Part shown: one piece after another, positions 1-8,557 of the stretch | Numbering within the stretch: the stretch's first letter is position 1 | Layout: each line of letters begins with the position of its first letter | From: Candidatus Atribacteria bacterium UBA6794 | GTDB taxonomy: Bacteria > Atribacterota > Phoenicimicrobiia > Phoenicimicrobiales > Stramentimicrobiaceae | Direction of reading: 5' to 3' | Length of the DNA: 63,889 bases | Assembly (NCBI GenBank): GCA_002452835.1 | Contig: DKFO01000081.1 | Location: forward strand, 1-63,889 | Notes under the pieces: model-generated | Seen by the model: only the letters and a program-made list of their open reading frames with translations | Told to the model about the DNA's origin: nothing | The model's database searches: none | Program-made: the position numbers and the translations under genes

Positions 1-14
1 CTGATAACTATTTA

Positions 15-60
15 TCACCCTCACCCTTCCCTCTCCCCTCGAAGGGAGAGGGTTAGGGTT
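15..60. repeat. REP-like GC-rich palindromic element, family A (TCACCCTCACC..CCCTCTCCC-loop-GGGAGAGGG)
   Basis: Hairpin CCCTCTCCC/GGGAGAGGG. Similar copies at 8069-8116, 27494-27529, 41810-41846, 45066-45103, 47137-47175 and 49939-49975. Degenerate copies lie inside coding sequence at 31592-31628 and 32302-32333. Bases 1-60 also match 41796-41855. Confidence 0.85.
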
Positions 61-117
61 TTGAGAGAAAAATGTTGAATTCAGGAGATATACCTTAATT
101 TATAAATTTAGAAAAGT

Positions 118-558
118 TTATTTACGCTGATAAAGACCCATCAATTCTGCTTCCGCCAAGATATGTCCTTCCATAGCTTTTAAGAGATCTTTTTTATGAC
201 AGCCTTCTTCCAAATCAAGTTTGGTATCCAGGGCATAGAGTTTGAAGAAATAGCGGTGAGTGCCAGAGGGCGGGCAGGGACCTCCATAATTTAATTTGCG
301 AAAATCATTGATTCCCTGGGTGCCAGGAATTTCACCCTCTTCTATCACCTCGGTGACATGAATATTAAAAACAATCCAGTGAACCCAGGTACCTGCCGGT
401 GCATCAGGATCTTCCATAATCAGAGCTAATCTTTTAGTTCCTTCCGGAATATCTTCAATGATTAAACTGGGACTTACATCTTCTCCATCACAGGTAAATT
501 TTTCAGGAATATAACCACCATGATCAAAGTCAGGACTACTTAATTTCATTTTTTCCAA
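118..558 (-). CDS. YbhB/YbcL (PEBP, Raf-kinase-inhibitor-like) family protein
   Basis: 146 aa. Contains the DPDAP motif and GTHRYFFKLYALD (GxHRY), both typical of bacterial PEBP proteins. Confidence 0.85.
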   Translation of the reverse strand: MEKMKLSSPDFDHGGYIPEKFTCDGEDVSPSLIIEDIPEGTKRLALIMEDPDAPAGTWVHWIVFNIHVTEVIEEGEIPGTQGINDFRKLNYGGPCPPSGTHRYFFKLYALDTKLDLEEGCHKKDLLKAMEGHILAEAELMGLYQRK

Positions 559-623
559 CCTCCTTAAATAATTTTTCTATTTTTTATTTTAAAATCAGCA
601 TATTTCTTCACTACAAAATATTT

Positions 624-722
624 AAGGGAAATTCTTCCCCCCTTGAGAACACTTTAAACAACTTCTGGCTAACGTCCCTATTTAAACGATATACGTTATA
701 CGTAATACGGTATACGATATTA
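624..722. repeat. Modular intergenic repeat (family E hairpin AAGGGGAA..TTCCCCTT + GAGAAC.., fused to family C TATTTAAACGATATACGTTATACGTAATACG)
   Basis: Related copies at 7990-8066, 27628-27664 (E only), 8291-8330 (C only) and 41618-41715. Confidence 0.8.
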
Positions 723-785
723 ATATATAGTATTACCAATATTATAAACCAAAAACTTCAGAAAGGGAAACCATCGCTAAATAAA

Positions 786-1775
786 TTAATTTAATCCCTT
801 GCTAAAAAGAACTCTGGCTTGAGAAACTAAATCAAGGATATATTTGACCTTGGAAGGGGCAATTCCTGTTATTTGACTTATTTCCTCTGCTGATAAATTA
901 TTTTCGCAAGCTAAGAGAATTAAGTCTATCTCTTCATAAGGCATCCCGATCATGGTCTGGTCATCCAGACCTGGTAATAAATCAGGAGAAGGTTCTTTTT
1001 GAATTATGGAAGAAGGTATCTTAAGATATTCTGCCAGCTGATACACCTGTGATTTATATAAATTAATAATAGGCATCAGGTCAGCAAGATGGTCACAACC
1101 ATATTTTACCAAAAACCCAATCTGCTGCTCAGTCTTATTAGTGCAACCTACTACCATTCGATCTTCCTGCTCGGCATAATAATACAGTAATACCATTCTG
1201 AGACGATGTTTAGCATAAAGAATAGCCCTTCCTCTCTTGATGTAATTATGATAGGGCTTATCACTGAGCCCTTTTAATTGAGTAGCAAAGGGTGTTTCAC
1301 CACTTACTTGCTGATAATAATGGTGAGCTTTAGGGTATAAAATACTTTTTATCTTATACCAGAAAGGGAAATGGTCAAAAATACTATACTTTTTAAGATG
1401 GAATTTTCTTAAAAAAGAAGTAAGGTCGATAATCTCCCACTTAATTCCCCCTTGTCTGGCAAAATCTAAGGCATCTTGAACATGCTTCTTACTTGATTCA
1501 CTATCTGGCATCAGCAGAACTTTAACCTGCTCTTTACCCAGAGCTCTAACAGATAAGGCAGTAACTACCGAGGAGTCGAGGCCACCACTCAGTCCAATGA
1601 TAGCCCGCTTTCTTTTAAATTTTTGTTGATATTTAATAATACTTTGCTCAATTTCCTGACAAACCACAGGCGAATTTATATTCATCTTATCTTTCAATTT
1701 TTGATATTCTTCCATAATCTTGATCATACTCTTTTTGTGAAATTGTTTAGAACTAAAAAACAGTTTTTCTGGCAA
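786..1775 (-). CDS. nadE: NAD+ synthetase
   Basis: PP-loop ATP pyrophosphatase signature GLSGGLDSSVV. Length and overall pattern fit NadE. The true start may be an internal Met (MIKIMEEY). Confidence 0.75.
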   Translation of the reverse strand: MPEKLFFSSKQFHKKSMIKIMEEYQKLKDKMNINSPVVCQEIEQSIIKYQQKFKRKRAIIGLSGGLDSSVVTALSVRALGKEQVKVLLMPDSESSKKHVQDALDFARQGGIKWEIIDLTSFLRKFHLKKYSIFDHFPFWYKIKSILYPKAHHYYQQVSGETPFATQLKGLSDKPYHNYIKRGRAILYAKHRLRMVLLYYYAEQEDRMVVGCTNKTEQQIGFLVKYGCDHLADLMPIINLYKSQVYQLAEYLKIPSSIIQKEPSPDLLPGLDDQTMIGMPYEEIDLILLACENNLSAEEISQITGIAPSKVKYILDLVSQARVLFSKGLN

Positions 1776-1830
1776 GATTTGAAAAAATCATTTATTTATA
1801 ATATTATATTACCAGGAGGAATGAAAAAAA

Positions 1831-2577
1831 ATGATCACTACAATTTTATTTGATCTTGATAATACTTTAATATTGTTTGATGAGGCAAAATTCTTTAAAG
1901 CGTATATAAACAAAGTTGCTCCAATTATGTCTGACCTTGCCTCACCACATACCCTATGGCGGATAATACTTAATGCCACCAAAGCAGTCCTGCACAATAA
2001 TGGTAAATTAACTAATAAGGAAATCTTTTTTCAAGCCTTTATTAAAGATTTAGGTGGCCAGACCCAGGAGATCTGGAATCGCTTTCAGTATTTTTATGAA
2101 AACGAATTTGACCATCTAAAAGCTCAGGTTATTGTAAACAAAGGTGTTTCAGAGATTTTTTCTGCTCTTGCTCAAACAAATATGAAAATTGTGATTGCCT
2201 CCAATCCCTTCTGGCCTCTTATTGCTATGGAAAAAAGAATGTCCTGGGCTGGATTGGATAAAAAACTGGTCCATCTTATTACCCATTTAGAAAATATGCA
2301 CTTCTGTAAACCTCGTCTGGAATATTACCAGGAAATCTGTACTAAAATAAAGGAAAAACCTGAAGATTGCCTGATGGTCGGAGATGATCCAGTCAATGAT
2401 ATGGTAGCCGGAAAACTGGGAATGAAAACCTTCTTAATTACCGATAGTAAAAGAATTATTAAAACCCAATTAAGGACAATCAGCAATAAAATAAGATTTG
2501 GCTGGCAGAAAGGTCTGGTGAAACCAGATTATTCTGGTTCTTTAGTACAATTTCAGAACATTCTGCCTGAACTCTAA
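1831..2577 (+). CDS. HAD-superfamily hydrolase
   Basis: Motif I FDLDNTL (DxDxT) and motif IV GDDPVNDM. Confidence 0.8.
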   Translation: MITTILFDLDNTLILFDEAKFFKAYINKVAPIMSDLASPHTLWRIILNATKAVLHNNGKLTNKEIFFQAFIKDLGGQTQEIWNRFQYFYENEFDHLKAQVIVNKGVSEIFSALAQTNMKIVIASNPFWPLIAMEKRMSWAGLDKKLVHLITHLENMHFCKPRLEYYQEICTKIKEKPEDCLMVGDDPVNDMVAGKLGMKTFLITDSKRIIKTQLRTISNKIRFGWQKGLVKPDYSGSLVQFQNILPEL

Positions 2578-2613
2578 CTTTTATTAGTAAATTCCAAGAT
2601 ATAGCAATATGGC

Positions 2614-3231
2614 TCAAAGGGCGATATTGATAGCATCATAAATAAACTTTCCACTAAAGAATAAAAGAAATAAACCACATACTGCAAAAAGAATCTGTTG
2701 TAATCTCTGGCCAAAGAATTTACCACCTTTAAAAGTGATAGCAGAAAGAAAAAAATCCCAGCAAAAATCACAGCCCCAATGTACCAGAAAAAAAGCCATT
2801 AATCCTACCACACCAAACTGAGAGGCATCAGCAATTAACACAGCACCGATAGTTGCCCACCATATTAATAAATAGGGATTAGCAATACTCAAGACAATAC
2901 CTGACCGTAAAGGAGTATATGGAAAGGCAGAATTTTCTACTCCAATCTTGACCTTAGAAATGCTCTTTAATAATCCAATCCCCATTTTCAGCAAAAATAA
3001 ACCTCCCACCACACCGATAATCATCTTAACCCAATAAACTTCTAAAAATTGACCAAAACCTACTAATATCAATATGACCAGGACCAATTCAACCATTCCA
3101 TGTCCTAAGGCAATAAAGGCACCAGCATAAGGCTGTTCGGTCCCTTTACTTACTGTTACTGCAGTAATGGGACCAGGTGCCATAACTCCGGATAAAGAAA
3201 TAATTCCTGCTTTTAGTAAAAAAGATACCAT
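2614..3231 (-). CDS. LysE/RhtB-type amino-acid exporter family membrane protein
   Basis: 205 aa and about 6 hydrophobic segments. The N-terminal pattern GxxxxxSPGP-like (GVMAPGPIT) is typical of the LysE family. Last gene of the Moco operon direction. Confidence 0.55.
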   Translation of the reverse strand: MVSFLLKAGIISLSGVMAPGPITAVTVSKGTEQPYAGAFIALGHGMVELVLVILILVGFGQFLEVYWVKMIIGVVGGLFLLKMGIGLLKSISKVKIGVENSAFPYTPLRSGIVLSIANPYLLIWWATIGAVLIADASQFGVVGLMAFFLVHWGCDFCWDFFLSAITFKGGKFFGQRLQQILFAVCGLFLLFFSGKFIYDAINIAL

Positions 3232-3233
3232 TA

Positions 3234-3713
3234 TTAATCAGTAGCCTCCCCCTTTAATATGGCAATACCATGTGGTAAAGCCTTCAAAATGACAGCCAGT
3301 GATTCTCGCACACCCCTGGGACTTCCTGGCAAATTAATAATAAGACTTCTACCCCTCGTGCCAGCAATGGCTCTGGACAATATAGCCCTTGGTGTTTTTT
3401 TAAAACTTTCCAGGCGCATAGCCTCACAAATACCAGGCACTATCTTTTCTACCACTTCTCTGGTCGCCTCAGGGGTAACATCTCTTACTGCCAATCCTGT
3501 TCCACCGGTAGTTAGAACTAAATCGGCTTCCCATTTCTCAATAGCCTCCTTCAGAGTTGATTTAATTACCTCCAGCTCATCAGGAACAATTTTATACCAA
3601 ACTACCTCTGCCTCTATCTCTCCCAGCATCTCGCTGATGGTATTACCACTAAGGTCTTTTCTCTCACCATGGGCACTTCTATCACTTACAGTTATAATAG
3701 CTACCCTAATCAT
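3234..3713 (-). CDS. moaB: MoaB/MogA-type molybdenum cofactor biosynthesis protein
   Basis: 159 aa. Contains VITVSDR and LVLTTGGTGLAVRDVTPEA, the MoCF_biosynth domain signature. Confidence 0.85.
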   Translation of the reverse strand: MIRVAIITVSDRSAHGERKDLSGNTISEMLGEIEAEVVWYKIVPDELEVIKSTLKEAIEKWEADLVLTTGGTGLAVRDVTPEATREVVEKIVPGICEAMRLESFKKTPRAILSRAIAGTRGRSLIINLPGSPRGVRESLAVILKALPHGIAILKGEATD

Positions 3714-3714
3714 A

Positions 3715-4713
3715 TCAGGAAATCACCTCCAGGACATCTCCTGGTCGAATGGTACCGCCTTTAATTACCCGGGTAAAGATTCCTTCTTTAGGCATGATAG
3801 ACCGAATTTGTTGTCCACGCACCACAATATCCACATCATGGTCTTTCCCTATCTGAGTAATGGCAAGGATAACTTCCTCTCCAATCCTGATTTTAGTACC
3901 TAAAGGATAATTATATAAATCTTCCAGTCCCTGAAAATCTATATTCTCAAAGAGGTCGCCATAATCAAGCTCATAACCCTCTTTTCTTTGTTTTTCTAAA
4001 CTGGCTAAACTTAAGAGGCTTACCTGTTTGTGATCTCTTCCAGCATGGGCATCGCCTTCTATCCCAAAATCTGCAATTAAGTTAGCCTTGGACACCTGTT
4101 TTTTGGGACTTTGCCGACTATCTCCTATACAAACTGCCAATACTAAACCAGTTCTGGACTTCCCACTATCAATTTCAGTCTCTTTATTCTCATTATCTTT
4201 TTCTCCTTCGCTTTCCAGTTTTAGATATGATTCCCCCTGATAATGTCCACTTTGTCCCCCGTCTTTTTCCACCAGGTGAATATGATTGATTTCTATCCCC
4301 CGTTCTACTCCTTTACAGATATCATAAATGGTAAGAGCAGCAACTGTAACCGCATGTAATGCTTCCATCTCCACACCTGTTTTGCCGTTTGTCATAACAA
4401 TGGAACGGATTAAAATACTATTCCTCTCTTCCATGAAATAAAAATCCATATCCACATTGGTGAGCAGCAGAGGATGACAGAGAGGTATCAATTGACTGGT
4501 CTTTTTGGCTGCCATAATGCCAGCTACCTGGGCAATTCCTAAAACATCTCCTTTAGCCATTTTTCTATCTTTAATTAAGGCCAGTGTTTCTGGTTTCATA
4601 ATAACTTCTCCCTCGGCGATGGCAATTCGGTGGGTATCCTGTTTCCCTCCTATATCAACCATGCGAGCCCTTCCTTTTTCATTTAAATGGCTAAGAGTTT
4701 CTTTCTTATTCAT
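3715..4713 (-). CDS. moaC: Cyclic pyranopterin monophosphate synthase MoaC fused to a C-terminal MOSC domain
   Basis: The N-terminal ~160 aa is MoaC-like (MVDIGGK, KGDVLGIAQVAGIMAAKKT, LCHPL, EMEALHAV). An acidic linker follows. The C-terminal part (FGIEGDAHAG..HKQVSLLS) is MOSC-like. Confidence 0.8.
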   Translation of the reverse strand: MNKKETLSHLNEKGRARMVDIGGKQDTHRIAIAEGEVIMKPETLALIKDRKMAKGDVLGIAQVAGIMAAKKTSQLIPLCHPLLLTNVDMDFYFMEERNSILIRSIVMTNGKTGVEMEALHAVTVAALTIYDICKGVERGIEINHIHLVEKDGGQSGHYQGESYLKLESEGEKDNENKETEIDSGKSRTGLVLAVCIGDSRQSPKKQVSKANLIADFGIEGDAHAGRDHKQVSLLSLASLEKQRKEGYELDYGDLFENIDFQGLEDLYNYPLGTKIRIGEEVILAITQIGKDHDVDIVVRGQQIRSIMPKEGIFTRVIKGGTIRPGDVLEVIS

Positions 4714-4717
4714 GGTA

Positions 4718-5731
4718 TTATCCCCCTATTTGAGACATATCAAATTCAGAAATATTTTTTTCTCCTATCTGATGACTTAAAGGCTTAGCCTTAACTGCCG
4801 CCCTTAGATATTGTTTTATTAATTTTTTTCTTAACTCAACTTTATTTTGTGGTATTTCTCTTAATTTTCTCTTAAGCTCCAATTCCCTAACACTAAAGAG
4901 ACAGGGTCTTAAATTTCCTTCTGCAGTTAACCTGATCCGATTACAGCGAGCACAGAAATGTTGACTCACCGCAGTAATAAAGCCAAACCTTCCCTGGGCA
5001 CCAGGTAATTGATAATAACAACTGGCAGGTCCCCAGCCTTTTTCCATTAAAGTAGCCTTTAAATCTGGGAATTTTTCTTTTATCTCTTGCTGAATGGTCA
5101 AATCAGAGATAAAATGTCCCTTATTAATCTCCGTTAATTGGTGATTAGTAGGCATCAATTCAATAAAACGAATAAATAGTGGTCTTTTAATAGTTAATTT
5201 AATAAAATCCTCTACCTCATCATCATTAATATCCTTTAATAATACTACATTAATCTTAACCGGAGTTAACCCTTCTTCTAAGGCAGCATCAATACCTGCT
5301 AACACCTTTGATAAACCATCATACCTGGTGATGCCTTTGAATTTTTCCTCATCTAAGGAATCAAGGCTGATATTGACCCTATCCAGACCAGCACTTTTCA
5401 AAGAATGAGCCATCTCAGATAAATAATAACCATTGGTAGTCATAGAAATATCTTCTAATTCTTTTATTTTCCTTAATTGCTTTATAAAATCAACAACACC
5501 TTTCCTTACCAGGGGCTCCCCACCAGTTAATCTAATTTTGATCATACCCATTTCTGCCGCTACCTGGACAATCTCTAATATCTCTTCATAACGCAAGATC
5601 TGTTCATGGGCAATAAAATGAAATTTCTTACTGACTGGTGAACAATAGATACAGCGAAAATTACAGCGGTCAGTTAGAGAAATTCTAAAATAGCTAATTT
5701 GCCGACCATATAAATCAATTATTTTTTTCAT
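4718..5731 (-). CDS. moaA: GTP 3',8-cyclase MoaA (radical SAM)
   Basis: CNFRCIYC radical-SAM cluster motif, C-terminal auxiliary cluster region CARCNRIRLTAEG, and terminal GG. Confidence 0.9.
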   Translation of the reverse strand: MKKIIDLYGRQISYFRISLTDRCNFRCIYCSPVSKKFHFIAHEQILRYEEILEIVQVAAEMGMIKIRLTGGEPLVRKGVVDFIKQLRKIKELEDISMTTNGYYLSEMAHSLKSAGLDRVNISLDSLDEEKFKGITRYDGLSKVLAGIDAALEEGLTPVKINVVLLKDINDDEVEDFIKLTIKRPLFIRFIELMPTNHQLTEINKGHFISDLTIQQEIKEKFPDLKATLMEKGWGPASCYYQLPGAQGRFGFITAVSQHFCARCNRIRLTAEGNLRPCLFSVRELELKRKLREIPQNKVELRKKLIKQYLRAAVKAKPLSHQIGEKNISEFDMSQIGG

Positions 5732-7712
5732 AGGTCAAAATCTTCCCACATTGACTCAAATCATAACCTCCCAGCTGTCCAACCTGTTCTTGAAAATGTT
5801 CAGTGCCTATAATTTCTAACATCTTTTGAATTCCCTTACTCTGAAAATACTGCTCTGGAATGATTAAATCGTAACGTTCTTTAATTAAGGGAATAAAATC
5901 CAGACCAAAGGCACTGGCTGCAGAATAGATACCCAAACCAGCATCTGCCCGGTAGTTAGCAACCGCAGAAGCTACCATCAAATGGGTAAACTCCTCCTGT
6001 TGATAGCCATTAATATCAGCAGGATTAATATTTTCTTTACTAATTAAATAGTCAAGAAGGACTCTGGTTCCAGATCCCTTCTGGCGATTGATATAACGAA
6101 CATCCTTTCTGGTTAAATCAGGTATTCCTTGAATACCCTTAGGATTCCCTCGGGCAACTATTAATCCCTGCTCACGATAAGCCATATTTACCACTACCAA
6201 ATTATGTTCGGGTAGAAGGCGCCGGAGATAGGGAAAATTGTACTCCCCAGTTGGCACATCAAATAGATGGGAAGTTGCTATATGAGCAATTTCTTGTTTT
6301 AAAGCTAAAAGACCACCCATACTACCAGTATGAAAGGAGGCCAGGCGAAATTCTGGGGCAACAGCCTGTAGTTCATTGCGCAAAACATCCAGAATGAGGT
6401 CATGACTACCAATAATAATTATGCTGTTATCAAAATTAGCATTCTCCTCATTCTCCTCTAATAATTCTGCCTCTACCTCCTCCTTAAAGGACAATCCTTC
6501 ACTGAGAGCAGGAATTCTCACTAAGGCATCTGCTTCTAACAAAGAAGAAATATTTCCTGCTCCTCTACTTAAAGGATAGGCTATCAATTGATTATCTATT
6601 TGGGCTAATTTCACCCGCAAGAATTCCTCATTTCCCAATTTAGATACCACTTTTCTACTCATCATTGCTTTTACTATTTTTCTGCTCTGTGAAGGTATAC
6701 CTAAATGCCAGCATACTAAAGGTAAAACAAATTCCCAGGCCGCAATTAAAAAAGAGACCGGGTAACCAGGTAATCCAATGAGCGGGGTATTTTTTATTAC
6801 CCCTACTATAGTGGGCTTACCGGGCATAATAGCTACACCATGAAAGAGTGTCTCTCCTAATTCCCCTAATACCTGAGCTGTAAAATCTTTGGAGCCAGCA
6901 GATGTGCCAGCAATAACAGTAATAATATCATCTTCTTCAATGGCAGATTGTATCGTCTTTTTTAATTCCTCTTCCCTATCACCTATTACCGGATAAATAA
7001 TAGGTTCTCCTCCCCATTGTAACACATAACCGGAAAGCATCCGGGAATTAAAGTCCACTATTTCACCTGCTTTTAGTTCTTCTTCCGCCGGGCTTCTTAA
7101 CTCTTCTCCAGTAGGAATGATTGCCACGCGGGGCTTTTTTCTTACTCTTATGCTAATCACACCCCCAGCCAGTAGCGCCCCAATATCAATGGGTCTTATT
7201 TTATGATTTACCGGTAAAATCAGCTGATGGGTAACAATATCCTCACCAATCTGGCGAATATTTAAACCCGGGAAAACAGACTGATAGATTTGTATTCGTT
7301 CTTTTTCTTCTTTCTTATGGATGTTATTATGAATAGCTTTCACCTCAGATTTTTGCTCCACAGGGATAACATCCTCTATTTTTATAACCGCATCAAAGCC
7401 CTCCGGTAGAGGATTCCCAGTATTAACATATACAAAATCCTTCTGGTGCGTTAAAATAACTGGCTTACTTTCTGAGGCATTCACAGTATCCTGAGAGTGT
7501 ACTGCTATACCATCCATAGCGGCAGCAGCATAATGTAGTGCAGACCTCCTGGCATATACCGCTTCGGCGGTAATTCTTCCTCGTGCTTCTTCTACTGGAA
7601 GACATTCACTCTTTTGTTTTAAAACTATCTTCCTCTCAGAAATAGCCTCCTTTATTTTCTGTTTTGCCTCCGCTAAAGATATTTTGTTTAAGTAAATATT
7701 TCGGTTTATCAT
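5715..7712 (-). CDS. moeA: Molybdopterin molybdenumtransferase MoeA fused to a C-terminal periplasmic-binding-protein-like domain
   Basis: The N-terminal ~410 aa is MoeA-like (AAMDGIAV, PTGEEL, LPGYPVS). About 250 further aa resemble molybdate/tungstate-binding PBP-like domains (GSHD.., SGTR). Confidence 0.8.
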   Translation of the reverse strand: MINRNIYLNKISLAEAKQKIKEAISERKIVLKQKSECLPVEEARGRITAEAVYARRSALHYAAAAMDGIAVHSQDTVNASESKPVILTHQKDFVYVNTGNPLPEGFDAVIKIEDVIPVEQKSEVKAIHNNIHKKEEKERIQIYQSVFPGLNIRQIGEDIVTHQLILPVNHKIRPIDIGALLAGGVISIRVRKKPRVAIIPTGEELRSPAEEELKAGEIVDFNSRMLSGYVLQWGGEPIIYPVIGDREEELKKTIQSAIEEDDIITVIAGTSAGSKDFTAQVLGELGETLFHGVAIMPGKPTIVGVIKNTPLIGLPGYPVSFLIAAWEFVLPLVCWHLGIPSQSRKIVKAMMSRKVVSKLGNEEFLRVKLAQIDNQLIAYPLSRGAGNISSLLEADALVRIPALSEGLSFKEEVEAELLEENEENANFDNSIIIIGSHDLILDVLRNELQAVAPEFRLASFHTGSMGGLLALKQEIAHIATSHLFDVPTGEYNFPYLRRLLPEHNLVVVNMAYREQGLIVARGNPKGIQGIPDLTRKDVRYINRQKGSGTRVLLDYLISKENINPADINGYQQEEFTHLMVASAVANYRADAGLGIYSAASAFGLDFIPLIKERYDLIIPEQYFQSKGIQKMLEIIGTEHFQEQVGQLGGYDLSQCGKILTYEKNN

Positions 7713-7721
7713 AGTCTATCG

Positions 7722-7750
7722 TCAGGGGGGAAACTCCCCCTGAAACCCCT
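7722..7750 (-). repeat. Family B hairpin element (AGGGGTTTCAGGGG-loop-CCCCTGA) in a 5' leader
   Basis: Copies at 7722-7750, 9828-9851, 27462-27489 and 30582-30609 all lie just upstream of minus-strand gene starts. Plus-orientation copies are at 63791-63819 and 63869-63889. Confidence 0.8.
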
Positions 7751-7924
7751 TAATTATCAGTATTGAGTATCTATTATTTAGTATATAGTTTAAATGCTAG
7801 TTAAATAATAATTAAATAATAAAGAAAAATTCCTTTCCAAGAAATACATATCTTGTCTTTCTAATTTTTTATAACAAATCAATTCCTTATCTTGAGGTAT
7901 CAAAATTATTGAAATTCCTATACT
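7737..7924. repeat. ~190-bp AT-rich repeat (family F), inverted copy of 63622-63808
   Basis: By-eye alignment of this segment with the reverse complement of 63622-63808 is collinear with scattered substitutions and small indels. Both copies end in a family B hairpin. Confidence 0.8.
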
Positions 7925-7938
7925 GCAAGATAGGCAAG

Positions 7939-8545
7939 GGAATATTTCCCCTCTAAAAGAGGGATGTCCCGAAGGGACGGGGTGTTCCTCTTGACAACCC
8001 CTGAATTACATTCCGACTAGCAACTGTATTTAAACGATATACGTTATACGTAATACGATATACCATATTCACCCTCACCTTCCCTCTCCCTTCTAAGGGA
8101 GAGGAATAGGGTGATGAACATTACTTTCATTTTTAATAGACCATAGATATAACAAAAATTTGGTATACCTTATACGTAATATGACATACCATTTTGTCAT
8201 TGCCAGGAGCCAATTAAGTAATAAGTAACCAGTAATAAGCAAACTAAATGCCAGATACCAATGACCAACGACTAACAACCAGCGACTAATTTTAATGATA
8301 TACGTTATACGTAATACGATATACCATTTTTGTCATTGCGAGGAGCGAAGCGACGAAGCAATCTCATTCACTTATACCCGCAGTATTAATGAAAAGTGGT
8401 CAGTTATTGGTTCTCAGTTATAAGACCAAAGATACAGGTATAATAATATGAGATTGCCACGCCTGCCCCTTGCCCCTTAACTGGTGTTAAGAGGCAAGCT
8501 CGCAATGACCTTTTACTTAGGTAGTTTATCTTATATAGTATCGAA
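7939..8545. repeat. Cluster of mosaic intergenic repeats (families E, C, A and D: GTCATTGCGAGGAGCGAAGCGACGAAGCAATCTC)
   Basis: Fills the 845-bp gap between the two moeA genes. Modules recur at 624-722, 27462-27664 and 41618-41855. An inverted D-like copy lies at ~8449-8512. Confidence 0.8.
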
Positions 8546-8557
8546 TTGTAACTTATG

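Noticed and set aside
3259-3903. Antisense ORFs in the track. Examples are 3259-3903, 4505-4780, 8673-8873, 11724-11996, 12177-12452, 14189-14479, 17151-17997, 24758-25066, 25167-25406, 28433-28869, 31912-32433, 35138-35441, 43425-43619, 50766-51152, 55705-56471 and 58696-59217.
   Set aside because: Each lies opposite, or out of frame within, a long ORF with clear family motifs. Their translations are low-complexity and lack motifs. They are typical shadow ORFs.
7939-8545. Repeat-dense region as a possible CRISPR array
   Set aside because: The repeats belong to several different families. They occur in both orientations with irregular spacing and no unique spacers of uniform length. No cas genes are present.
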